NCBI GenBank assembly: GCA_965237525.1
Contig: CBDEFO010000008.1
Coordinates: 1,807,607 to 1,871,606 of the forward strand
From: Candidatus Latescibacterota bacterium
Lineage (GTDB): Bacteria; Latescibacterota; CBDEFO01
Direction of reading: 5' to 3'
DNA length: 64,000 nt
Within the stretch, counting starts at the first letter, position 1, and each line of letters opens with the position of its first letter. Below, in pieces: positions 19,218 through 28,700 of the stretch. The position numbers and the translations under genes are program-made. Under the pieces are notes generated by a model. That model did no database searches and was not told the origin of the DNA. It saw only the letters and a program-made list of their open reading frames with translations.

Positions 19218-19904
19218 TGCATAAGGCTTCAACTCCAATCTTACAGAAGGTGGTAAGCTGCGGCCCTTGGGTCGGAGCTTTTCCATTTTCTCTCCCACAT
19301 CTTCCGTAGCGTATCCTCCTGCTGGTTTCAAGTTCAGACCGTTTTTCCCCTCTCCACAAGCTTATGGCCTAACGCCTTCTGTATATTCTTTCTCTGCTGA
19401 CTGACAGCCGACTTGGAGACAGAATTGCAGCTTGCTGGCGCGAAGCACTTCCGCTCTTGTAGGTTCATGCTTCCGAGGGATGATTGTAGACGCTTCTTGT
19501 TGTAGTCCTCAATCCATTGGGATATGATATGATCTGTTCGAAGGACTCCAAACGGTTAGACCAAACACACTTTTTATTCAGGTTCCAGAAAAAACGTTTC
19601 CCGTTGCCCACTCATACGCCTGCGACTGGCCGATGCCATTTTCCCGATACATCCGCTCTTTCCAAAAGAGTCAACACGACCTGTGCCTTTCTAAATGCTG
19701 TCCAACTCTAACTATCTTTCGCTACAGGGATTGACATCTTTTTGACCTCCTTTCCCCGATAACCTCACTCGGGGACAAGCCTCAAACCCCAATTTGCATA
19801 ATATCTGTGGATTTGTCAAGAGCAACAGTGTGACACATGCTTTGCTTCTATATTATCTTGACATTCAAAACTATCAGTTGTATTTTGGTTATGCGCCACA
19901 GAAT

Positions 19905-20780
19905 ATGCACTACTCTTATGCTTCCGGGGAAAGGTCGCCTTTGAGAACACTTATCGCGCTCATACAACTTACAAGACCCTTAAACTGTCTGATCTGTTTT
20001 TTCTCCGTGATCGTAGGCGCAGCAGCGTCGGGGACTATAGCTTCGCCTCTTAAAGCTATCGTTGCCGCCTTTTCTGCAACTCTTATCGCCGCGGCTGGCA
20101 ATGGCTTTAACGACCTTTCTGACGTGGAAGCCGACAGGATAGATAAACCCCACCGTCCTATACCGTCCGAGGTAGTAACAAAGCGCACCGCTTCTATTCA
20201 ATCTACGCTGCTCTTCATCGGCGGTATGCTCCTGTCGTTCCTTATAAATAAAGGGGCAGTTGTCGTAGTTTTTGCAACAACTCTTCTTCTGATTCAATAT
20301 AGCATTAGATTAAAATCTATTCCGCTGGTGGGTAATTTTACGGTCAGTTGCGTTGCAGCTTTAGCCTTTGTCTACGGGGGACTTTCTACAGGAAGCATAT
20401 ACGCATCCTTTATACCCGCACTATTTGCCATCCTTTTCCACCTTGGACGGGAGATCATCAAAGACGTAGAAGACATCCAGGGGGACATGCACTCCAATTA
20501 TTCCACTTTCCCCGTTATCAAAGGCAAAAAAGCGGCGTTTGCAGCCGCTACCGCCGTCTACACTATGCTTATGCTTCTGACTCTTGTGCCCTACCCGCTT
20601 CGCATCTACGGTTCGGCCTATCTAGTCATCGTGGTTGTGGGGGTGCATCCTGTGCTCATATATGTTATCAGATCTATGTGGAAGGATGATTCCTCCGCCA
20701 ACCTCAAAAGACTCAGCACTATCCTCAAAGCTGATATGGTCGTCGGTCTTGTTGCTGTCCTTGTTGGAGCTAACGTCTGA
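19905..20780 (+). CDS. UbiA-family membrane prenyltransferase
   Basis: It carries the NGFNDLSDVEADRIDKPHRPIPS (NxxxDxxxD) motif and a second Asp-rich motif (GREIIKDVEDIQGD), with multiple TM helices. The annotated ATG at 19794 probably lies upstream of the true start. Confidence 0.75.
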   Translation: MHYSYASGERSPLRTLIALIQLTRPLNCLICFFSVIVGAAASGTIASPLKAIVAAFSATLIAAAGNGFNDLSDVEADRIDKPHRPIPSEVVTKRTASIQSTLLFIGGMLLSFLINKGAVVVVFATTLLLIQYSIRLKSIPLVGNFTVSCVAALAFVYGGLSTGSIYASFIPALFAILFHLGREIIKDVEDIQGDMHSNYSTFPVIKGKKAAFAAATAVYTMLMLLTLVPYPLRIYGSAYLVIVVVGVHPVLIYVIRSMWKDDSSANLKRLSTILKADMVVGLVAVLVGANV

Positions 20781-20782
20781 AG

Positions 20783-21613
20783 TTGGAGAGCCAGTTGGAG
20801 AAGGTCTCTGGATTCTGGATAGGTCTCATACTTGCTGCTTTAGTAGCCACTCTTTCATACAGAGTCCGATTTCTGACTGTCAGTGGCTCAGTCGGAGCGC
20901 TTGTTTTAGGAACTGTTATCTTCGGATTGGGAGGACTGCCATGGGTTTTTGCTCTTCTTGTCTTTTTCTTGGCATCAAGTCTCCTATCCAAACTCGGCGC
21001 AAAGAGGAAAAAGGATTTCAGGGCTGTCTTTGAAAAGGCATCGACTAGGGATCTTGCCCAGGTTCTGGCCAACGGAGGCGTCCCCGGGGCTATAGTGCTA
21101 GCGAACGCTCTTTTGCCATCTCCGATCTGGTGTACAGCATATTTAGGGGCCCTTGGCACTGCCACAGCAGACACGTGGGGGACAGAGATAGGCATCCTCT
21201 CGGTCTCCCGCCCTCGTCTTATAACTGACCTCAAAACAGTTGATCCCGGAACATCGGGAGCCGTTTCTTTTATTGGACTTACAGGGTCCGTTCTCGGTTC
21301 TCTCCTTATCGCCTCTACGGGATTGGCCTTTTACCCCTATTTGAATGTCCTGAACTTGACAGCTATCTGGCTTGCTGGAATTGCAGGGGCCCTCGCAGAC
21401 AGTCTGTTGGGAGCGACTCTACAGCGGGAATATACATGCCCCAAATGTCTCCAACAGACAGAGCGCCCTTTTCACTGTGAAGAAACGTCCTGTCGTTTAA
21501 CTTCTGGGATAAGCTGGCTTGGAAATGATGCTGTCAATGCCCTATCGTCCCTCTATGGAGCCATCTTTGCCTTGATAGTAGATAGGCTATTAGACCTGTT
21601 TATTTGCCTCTAA
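20783..21613 (+). CDS. DUF92/TMEM19-like integral membrane protein with an inserted CxxC...C..C zinc-ribbon-like segment
   Basis: 276-aa polytopic protein whose glycine-rich TM pattern is typical of DUF92. It contains YTCPKCLQQTERPFHCEETSC. It starts 3 nt after the UbiA stop. Confidence 0.45.
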   Translation: MESQLEKVSGFWIGLILAALVATLSYRVRFLTVSGSVGALVLGTVIFGLGGLPWVFALLVFFLASSLLSKLGAKRKKDFRAVFEKASTRDLAQVLANGGVPGAIVLANALLPSPIWCTAYLGALGTATADTWGTEIGILSVSRPRLITDLKTVDPGTSGAVSFIGLTGSVLGSLLIASTGLAFYPYLNVLNLTAIWLAGIAGALADSLLGATLQREYTCPKCLQQTERPFHCEETSCRLTSGISWLGNDAVNALSSLYGAIFALIVDRLLDLFICL

Positions 21614-21639
21614 AAGTTTGCGAAGACATATCTTTTTAC

Positions 21640-21668
21640 TTGACATAAGTTTCATATTGTATTATGAT
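21640..21668 (+). promoter_or_regulatory. Sigma-70-like promoter (TTGACA, 17-bp spacer, TATGAT) upstream of the HU gene
   Basis: ttgacataagtttcatattgtattatgat lies about 120 nt upstream of the GTG start at 21789. Confidence 0.5.
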
Positions 21669-21788
21669 TATGGAAGCACTGAATAGAGGTTGAAATTAGG
21701 GGTACTGAAGCAGTAGGGATGAAAAATTGAGCAGGTGATAGGAATGTCCGAAAAGTAATGGAGAGGATTAAAAAGAAAGGAACCGCTT

Positions 21789-22082
21789 GTGACAACGACT
21801 AAGAAGGATCTCGCTATAAGAGTCAGCAAGGATACAGGTTGTAAGAAGAGTTTAGCTGCCGATATGGTCCAGAGCTTATTCGATGCAATGAGAGAAAGCC
21901 TTGAAAAAGGAGATAGAATAGAGATCAGAGGCTTCGGAGTCTTTCAGGTTAAGAACACCAGACCCAAGCCTGCTGCAAGGAATCCAAGAACAGGAGAAAG
22001 GATCCGCGTTCCCGCACGTCGCAAGACCCACTTTAAACCCGGCAAGCTTCTCAAAGACACACTCCACCAGTCGATAGAGTAG
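21789..22082 (+). CDS. hup: HU/IHF-family DNA-binding protein
   Basis: 97-aa ORF with a GTG start. The motif GFGVFQVKNTRPKPAARNPRTGERIRVPARRKTHFKPGKLLKD is typical of the HU/IHF beta arm. Confidence 0.85.
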   Translation: MTTTKKDLAIRVSKDTGCKKSLAADMVQSLFDAMRESLEKGDRIEIRGFGVFQVKNTRPKPAARNPRTGERIRVPARRKTHFKPGKLLKDTLHQSIE

Positions 22083-22120
22083 CGGAGAGTCAATGTGTTT
22101 TTTCCCCAGAAAAGGTTCTT

Positions 22121-22141
22121 CCCCGATAGAATCAATCGGGG
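22121..22141. repeat. Palindromic element CCCCGAT-N7-ATCGGGG. Other copies are at about 4514-4551, 4901-4921, 11724-11747, 42549-42571, 51593-51615 and 51774-51796.
   Basis: A perfect 7-bp stem with a 7-nt loop (tgaatct or agattca in either orientation) recurs in intergenic positions, often just 3' of genes. Confidence 0.7.
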
Positions 22142-22245
22142 ATGGCGAGCGCGCCTTCGATCTTTTGGGGTCTCCTTCTCTCCAAAGGAATCTCTCCATG
22201 CACAGTAGGGTGTAATCGCCAGACTCGCTTGAGAGGGAACTGACA

Positions 22246-22485
22246 GTGGACGACCCTGCTGTAATATTACCGCTTTTGGTATTCAGCTTGTTTATTTTGA
22301 TGGTCTTCGGATTTCACACGCTTATAAGTGAATATGTCGAGTGGGCAATTGGAGGTGTCCTGCTTGCTATATTGGCATCCGAAGCGTGGCGTATCTTCAA
22401 GGACAGGCAGTTAAACAAATTGAAAAGTAAAGCAGAGATAGCTGCAGAAAAGAGCGAGTATAATCGGCTTATGGAGGAGTCCTAA
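22246..22485 (+). CDS. Small membrane protein (79 aa); a TPR-like segment follows in frame after its TAA stop
   Basis: It has a hydrophobic N-terminus (ILPLLVFSLFILMVFGF). After the TAA at 22486, the same frame continues TYLDKGRIDEARDLCNRAALLTEDESIIAKRYEETGDVLMLLGEFGKAKECFQKGIRLLDG. Confidence 0.35.
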   Translation: MDDPAVILPLLVFSLFILMVFGFHTLISEYVEWAIGGVLLAILASEAWRIFKDRQLNKLKSKAEIAAEKSEYNRLMEES

Positions 22486-22943
22486 ACCTATCTGGATAAA
22501 GGACGAATAGACGAAGCCCGTGATCTTTGCAACAGAGCCGCCCTACTGACAGAGGACGAATCTATAATTGCAAAAAGATATGAGGAGACGGGAGATGTGC
22601 TTATGCTGTTAGGAGAGTTTGGGAAAGCCAAAGAATGTTTTCAAAAGGGCATTCGTCTTCTCGACGGATAAAATTAAGGTGGAGTAGTACGGCATGGAGA
22701 GCGCTAGTACTCGCGTGGAGAAATCCACACCAATACCGGCAAGTCCTTCTTTACTATCCTCAAGCGGGGAGTAGATGGCACCTTCTATCATGTCTCTAAG
22801 TAACCCGTTCACCGTCATACGGACGACTTCGCGTTCCGGCGGTCTCGCAGAAAGCTGACCGACGGCAAGCGTGCGGTGGAAATCATCCTATGCGCTGGCG
22901 AGAAGCGGCTGGGTAACCGAGAGCCAAAGCTCGGAAACTGTGC

Positions 22944-23819
22944 ATGAACAAGTACGTTCTCTACAACGTTGACGCCTTCGAGTGGTTGTCCGAACAGCCG
23001 GTAGATTCCATACATGCTGTAGTCACTGATCCTCCTTACGGGCTTGTTGAGTACCGCGACCAAGAGTTGGAGAAAATGAAGCGTGGGCGGGGCGGCGTGT
23101 GGCGTATACCTCCTGCGTTTGATGGCGCGAAGCGAAGGCCATTACCCCGTTTCACCGTCCTGAGCGATAGGGATAAGGATAACCTCAACGGGTTTTTCTA
23201 CCGCTTTGCCAAGCTCTTGCTGCCTATCTTGGTTCCTGGGGCTCACGTCTTTGTAGCGACGAACCCGCTTGTGTCCCACCTGGTCTATACACCGTTTGTT
23301 GAGAGGGGATTTGAGCCACGCGGCGAGGTAATCCGACTTGTTCAACGATTGAGGGGTGGCGACCGTCCAAAAAACGCACACAAGGAGTTCCCGGACGTGA
23401 CGGTGCTGCCGAAATCGTGTTGGGAGCCGTGGGGTCTCTTCCGTAAGCCGTGTGAGGGTCGCGTGCAGGACAATCTCCGCAAGTGGAGGACGGGGGGGCT
23501 GAGACGCATTTCGGATAAGGAACCATTCAAAGACTTGATACGGTCGTCCCCCACTAGACGGGATGAGTTCGGCTTGGCTTCTCACCCGTCGCTCAAGCCG
23601 CAACATTTCTTGCGCAAGATCGTAAGGGCGGCGCTCCCGTTCGGAGAGGGGGTCATTCTTGACCCCTTCATGGGATCGGGATCAACCATAGCTGCCGCAG
23701 AGACGCTCGGTCTACGCAGCATTGGCCTTGAGATCAGACGCGAATACTTCCAGATGGCTCTTGAGGCTATACCTAAGCTCGCAGCTTTCAAGGTGCAGGA
23801 TCGGGAGAGCAATGGCTAG
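22944..23819 (+). CDS. DNA methyltransferase, beta-class (N6-adenine or N4-cytosine), type II restriction-modification
   Basis: Motif IV TDPPYG lies near the N-terminus and motif I DPFMGSGST near the C-terminus. The gene is GC-rich relative to its flanks. Confidence 0.75.
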   Translation: MNKYVLYNVDAFEWLSEQPVDSIHAVVTDPPYGLVEYRDQELEKMKRGRGGVWRIPPAFDGAKRRPLPRFTVLSDRDKDNLNGFFYRFAKLLLPILVPGAHVFVATNPLVSHLVYTPFVERGFEPRGEVIRLVQRLRGGDRPKNAHKEFPDVTVLPKSCWEPWGLFRKPCEGRVQDNLRKWRTGGLRRISDKEPFKDLIRSSPTRRDEFGLASHPSLKPQHFLRKIVRAALPFGEGVILDPFMGSGSTIAAAETLGLRSIGLEIRREYFQMALEAIPKLAAFKVQDRESNG

Positions 23820-24417
23820 GCTTCAGGACTTCGATTCTGCCGTTCCGCTGCCGCCCGGTCTTGCAGTACGCGCCATCCGCTCGTCCATCGAGTATATCGA
23901 GCGGGATTTGGATGATCTCCTTGATGTCTACTTTGAGCAAATGAACGTTTTTAGTGCCCTCGTGGGGATGTATGGCACCCGCGCCCTTGACCAGCACAGT
24001 GTCTACGAGAAGGTAAGACACACCGATATTGCTCAGACGCGCTTTCCCGACCTGAGGCGACGGGGAAGCGGTCAGCACCCACCCCCGAATGAGTGCCTCG
24101 AATCCAAAGCGAGCAAGAGGGTATGGGCGCTCCAATCGCATTACGACCATGAAGGATGGTATATCGTCTGGCGTTACATGGTTGATACGACCGCTTCGAT
24201 TGAGCCTGACAAGCATGTTCTTATCTGGCGTGTGGATGTGGTGTACTTGCAGAGCAACGACTGGAAGTACGAGGGGAGCAAGGCCGGTGCCGAAGGAGGT
24301 GGCCGGACTCATACGTTCGGCTTGTGGAAACCGGCCACGAAGCTAAGGGGATGTAGTGTTTACAGGCGGTCGGATATCGCCATCTCAGGAGGTAAGCCGG
24401 TTCCGATCAATGGGTGA
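23812..24417 (+). CDS. Putative restriction endonuclease partner (PD-ExK candidate)
   Basis: The ATG at 23812 overlaps the methyltransferase stop by 8 nt. FPDL ... ECLESK gives a PD-x(n)-E-x-K arrangement. The same GC-rich island. No recognisable family otherwise. Confidence 0.4.
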   Translation: MARLQDFDSAVPLPPGLAVRAIRSSIEYIERDLDDLLDVYFEQMNVFSALVGMYGTRALDQHSVYEKVRHTDIAQTRFPDLRRRGSGQHPPPNECLESKASKRVWALQSHYDHEGWYIVWRYMVDTTASIEPDKHVLIWRVDVVYLQSNDWKYEGSKAGAEGGGRTHTFGLWKPATKLRGCSVYRRSDIAISGGKPVPING

Positions 24418-24730
24418 ACGAGCAGGAACCGGGATGCCAGCCAAGAAACCTGGCCCCAAACCGCTAACGCTCTCCTTATACCCTCTCCCCCCGATGAGGC
24501 GCTGTCCGCGTTCATGGAGGTGGACCCGGGGAGAAGGTGAAGGCGAAAGAGAAGAGGTAGAAGGCCACAAGGCAGTAGACAAAATGTGGGTACTAACCGC
24601 CGTGGACGCTTTGTCAGGGAGTGGAGGCAGCAGCGCACGAAGTGCCGCCCCCTACTCCCTTTTTATTGACGAACAGGAGTCAACTGCTTAGATTTGCATC
24701 GGAGCAAGCTTTGGACAGACTGGAGGAAAT

Positions 24731-25573
24731 ATGCTATTAGGAGCACACACATCGGCTCAAGGAGGATTGGATAAGGCTGTTTTAGTGGCCGAGGAGATAG
24801 GCTGTAACACGGTTCAGATATTTACCAAAAACCCAAACCAGTGGAGGGGTTTCGAGCTTACAGATGAGATCACGGATGTGTTTAAGAAGGTCTGCAGGGA
24901 TACGGGGATATATCCTGTAGTGGCTCACGATTCTTATCTGATTAACCTGGCTTCTCCACAAAAGATAACGTACGGAAGATCAATAGGGGCCTTCCACACG
25001 GAGATGAAAAGGGCGGAAGCCCTAGGCGTTTCATTTCTGGTGACTCATCCAGGGGCTCACAAAGATTCGGGAGAGAATGAGGGGATAAAGCGTCTGTCAG
25101 AGAGTATTAACAACGTGCACCACAAGACTCCTGGATTTCAACTTAAAATCCTGTTAGAGACTACGGCAGGTCAGGGGACGTATTTAGGACACAGATTTGA
25201 GAACCTAACACAGATGATAGAGCTGATTGATGAAGACGAAAGAGTAGGCGTCTGTTTCGATACATGCCACGTGTTTGCGGCCGGATACGATATAAGAACA
25301 AGGGAGGGATATTACAAGACTTTGGAGGAGTTCGATAAGATTGTAGGATTTGATAGGCTTAAGGTAATTCACGCTAACGATTCCAAGAAGGAATTGGGCA
25401 GCAGAGCGGACAGACACGAACATATAGGAGAGGGGCAGATAGGTCTGGAGGCGTTCAGGCTGTTGCTCAACGACGAAAGGTTCAAAGGAATACCGATGAT
25501 AGTAGAGACTCCGGACTCTGAGACCATGCACAAGGTAAATCTGATGAGATTAAGGGACCTTATAGAGCCGTAG
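24731..25573 (+). CDS. nfo: Endonuclease IV (AP endonuclease)
   Basis: 280-aa TIM-barrel AP endonuclease with the motifs MLLGAHTSAQGGL...HDSYLINL...HAND. Confidence 0.85.
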   Translation: MLLGAHTSAQGGLDKAVLVAEEIGCNTVQIFTKNPNQWRGFELTDEITDVFKKVCRDTGIYPVVAHDSYLINLASPQKITYGRSIGAFHTEMKRAEALGVSFLVTHPGAHKDSGENEGIKRLSESINNVHHKTPGFQLKILLETTAGQGTYLGHRFENLTQMIELIDEDERVGVCFDTCHVFAAGYDIRTREGYYKTLEEFDKIVGFDRLKVIHANDSKKELGSRADRHEHIGEGQIGLEAFRLLLNDERFKGIPMIVETPDSETMHKVNLMRLRDLIEP

Positions 25574-25717
25574 AGTTCCGGCAAGAAAAATACTTGACAA
25601 GTTTCGGGTTTGTCACTATACTAATTCCACACAAGTAGATAGAAGTGGTAGATAAAGTGACACCTTGCGCAATTCCAGATATTATGGAGATAAGGGGATC
25701 ATGAAGGCAAGGAGATC

Positions 25718-28700
25718 ATGAAGGCTAAGACTTTGATTTTAATGTCTCTTATGTTTGGATTGTATTCCGATACAGAGGCAGCCTATACCCCTGACATGGA
25801 TTACGATGACCTTTATGAATCTGTGGATGAGGACAGGATAAGAGAAAATGTGGAGTTCCTGTCGTCTTTGGGATCGAGGGTCGTGGGTTATCCAGGTAGC
25901 GATACAGCGGCGGTGTACATACAGCGGCAGTTTGAAAGAATTGGGCTTCAGGATGTAAGGTCGGAGGAGTACACGATGGTTATTCCGGTGGACAAGGGAG
26001 GGAGTCTTAGCATCATAGGCGAAGATAAGAAGATAAGGCTCTACTCGATATGGCCCAATTTAGTTAAGACATCTACGCTGCCTGAGGGTGGAATAAGAGG
26101 GAATTTGATATACGGAGGGTCGGGAGAATTTTCAGCCTTCAACGGGAAGGATGTGGAGGGGAGTATAACTCTTATGGAGTTTAACACGTGGAATAACTGG
26201 CTGAATGCTGCGATGTTAGGGACACAGGCTGTGATTTTCATTGAGCCTGACGAGACGGTGCACCTGGAAGCCGAGCAAAAATTTGTCCAAGTTCCTTTAA
26301 GCGTCGAAAGGTTCTGGATCTCCAAGGAGGAAGGCCGATATCTGTTAGAACGATTGAAAGAGGCGGATATTCAGGTCCACATGGAGGCGAGGATGGACTG
26401 GGAAAGGAGACCGGCGTGGAACATTATGGGAACCATACCTGGGTACGACGCAGTGTTGAAGGATGAGATAATAGCCATTCAGTCCTATTACGATGCGATG
26501 TCGGTAGTTCCTGCACTGGCTCCAGGCGCGGAGATGTCATCTGGCGTTGTTGGACTCTTGGAGCTGGCAAGGTATTTCAGGGAGCATCCTTCCAGAAGGA
26601 CATTGATATTTCTGGCGACTTCGGCTCACCATCTGGGATTAAGAGGCATAAGCGATTTCCTTCAGAGGCACCACAGGAGGGAGGAACATTACGTCAAGAT
26701 GATGGAAGAGCCTATAGACATAAAGCTGTTTATAGGACTGGATCTGTCCTCGCGGACCGATGAGTTGGGGATATGGAACAGCAGTTCGGGCTTTTCTCAC
26801 AAGCGTTTCTTCGCTCCGTTCGGCAGGACCTTTGTGAATCTTGCAGAAAGAGTAGGTAAGGCATTAGGTTTAGATCCGAAAGGCGTTTTGGCAAACGGCA
26901 TCAGTCCCGTGACCGGAATCAGTTGGGAGACGTTTATCCCCGGGGGATCTATAAATGTGGACAGTGAGGTCGTGTTCCGCATGGGGACCCCATCTTTGTC
27001 TTTTGTGACTATCAACGACGGAAGATTTCTGGCGGATACTCCCTTCGATGTGCCGAAGAAGATGAACTTTTCTAACCTTGCGACTCAGATCAGAGTACTG
27101 GCGGGGATGTTCTATATGGCGTTCGACGATCCGCGCCTCTTTCCAGACCTCAAGGAGAGGCAGAAAGATACCCTCAAAGGAGTTTTAGGTCGGGTGGCCA
27201 CGCTTACCAGAGGCAGCGTAACACCGGATCATCCAGTAGCGGGGGCTGTGGCGGTTTTAAGGACGGGAGGAAAGTCGCAAAAAGGTGTCAGGGGCACGCA
27301 CTACGAGATCACAGACGCAGATGGCCTCTTTCAAGTCAATAGCATCTTAGTAAGTAACCTGGCTGTTGAGGCTTACTACATCGATCCTTATACGGGGAAT
27401 ATCACGTACGCACCAAACAAAGGGGGACAGTCTAAGATATATGGTGCTGAGTTCACTGCAGATTGGTGGCAGACAAAGACAGTCACCGAGCTCTTTCAGT
27501 GTGTCTCGACCGACTTTTACGATACTGTGGATCCGAGGTACTTGACCAAGCTTCAGGAAGTGGTGGTTTACGACGAGAGCAATACAGCCCCAAACGACTT
27601 CGGATATTCGATAGGCTATGGGCCGACCGAGCCTATAGGGGTGCTCTTTACACGACCGGGAGAGAAAGTTAAGATCTCTATGAGTGCGGGGATGTTCGGC
27701 GTACGATACCTCTTGACCAATTCTACCAAACAGGTAGAAGATACCTTAACGGTCTCCCTCGATGCCCCGGTCCTCCTGCGCACAGACGACGCGAAGATCG
27801 AAAAAGGTTCCTTTAAGCTTATCGATTCTGGAGGAACGCTCCTTAGGGTTGGAGTTGACTACACGGTAGACTACAAACACGGAACTATAACGGCTCTTTC
27901 TTCCGGTGGGGGACTCGTTGACGGAGTTGACTATAATATCAGCTATCGCATATTCCCACAAAATGAAGAGGAAGCAACGGGGGTGGGGTTTGAGACTTTA
28001 GATCACGGGGCGCTCATCAGGACTTCCTTTTTAGCTGCCAGGGACATGTGGAATCTGGATGAAGCCAGGATCAACGAGCTTAAGAAGTACTCCATAGAGA
28101 ATAAGAGGCTGGATTTACTCCACAATACCGCTGGGATGCAGTTGGATCTGGCGCAGAAGGCTATGGAGGATAAGAGATGGGACGATTTTATTAAGTATAC
28201 CAGAGCTGCGATGGGCATAGAGTCAAGGGCCTATCCTGATGTCAGAGACACTCAAAATGACGTGGTAAGGGGGATAATATTCTCTATGGTTCTGGTGCTC
28301 CCATGCGCCTATTTCCTGGAGAGGCTGCTCTTTTCCTTTGCGACCATTCAGGGCAGAATATTGGGGTTCATCGGAGTATTCATAGTGATATGGTTCTTTA
28401 TGTCTTTAGTTCATCCTGCATTTGAACTATCCAACCCGTTTGTGATACTGTTAGCATTTGTAATTTTGGCTTTGGCGGTATTCGTGATGTCTATGGTATT
28501 TTCCAAATTCGACGTTCAGATGAAAAACTTAAGAAAAGAAGCGGCCATAGTGCACGATACGGACGTTGGCAGGATGTCTGCGTCTATGACCGCTTTTTCT
28601 TTGGGTGTATCCAATATGAGGAGGAGGAAGCTTAGAACAGGGCTGACTTTGGTGACTATCCTGCTTTTGACGTTTACAGTCCTGTCGTTCTCGTCTATAA

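Noticed and set aside
18271-19359. Minus-strand ORFs 18271..18612 and 19165..19359 as genuine genes
   Set aside because: The N-terminal 45 residues are a copy of the LysR HTH. The remainder is the antisense reading of the small-peptide gene and its terminator. They are chimeric artefacts of the duplication.
24356-24691. 111-aa plus ORF and antisense ORFs in the GC-rich 24420-24730 patch
   Set aside because: They are Arg/Gly/Pro-rich translations typical of spurious ORFs in GC-rich noncoding sequence, and the region contains repeat-family motifs.
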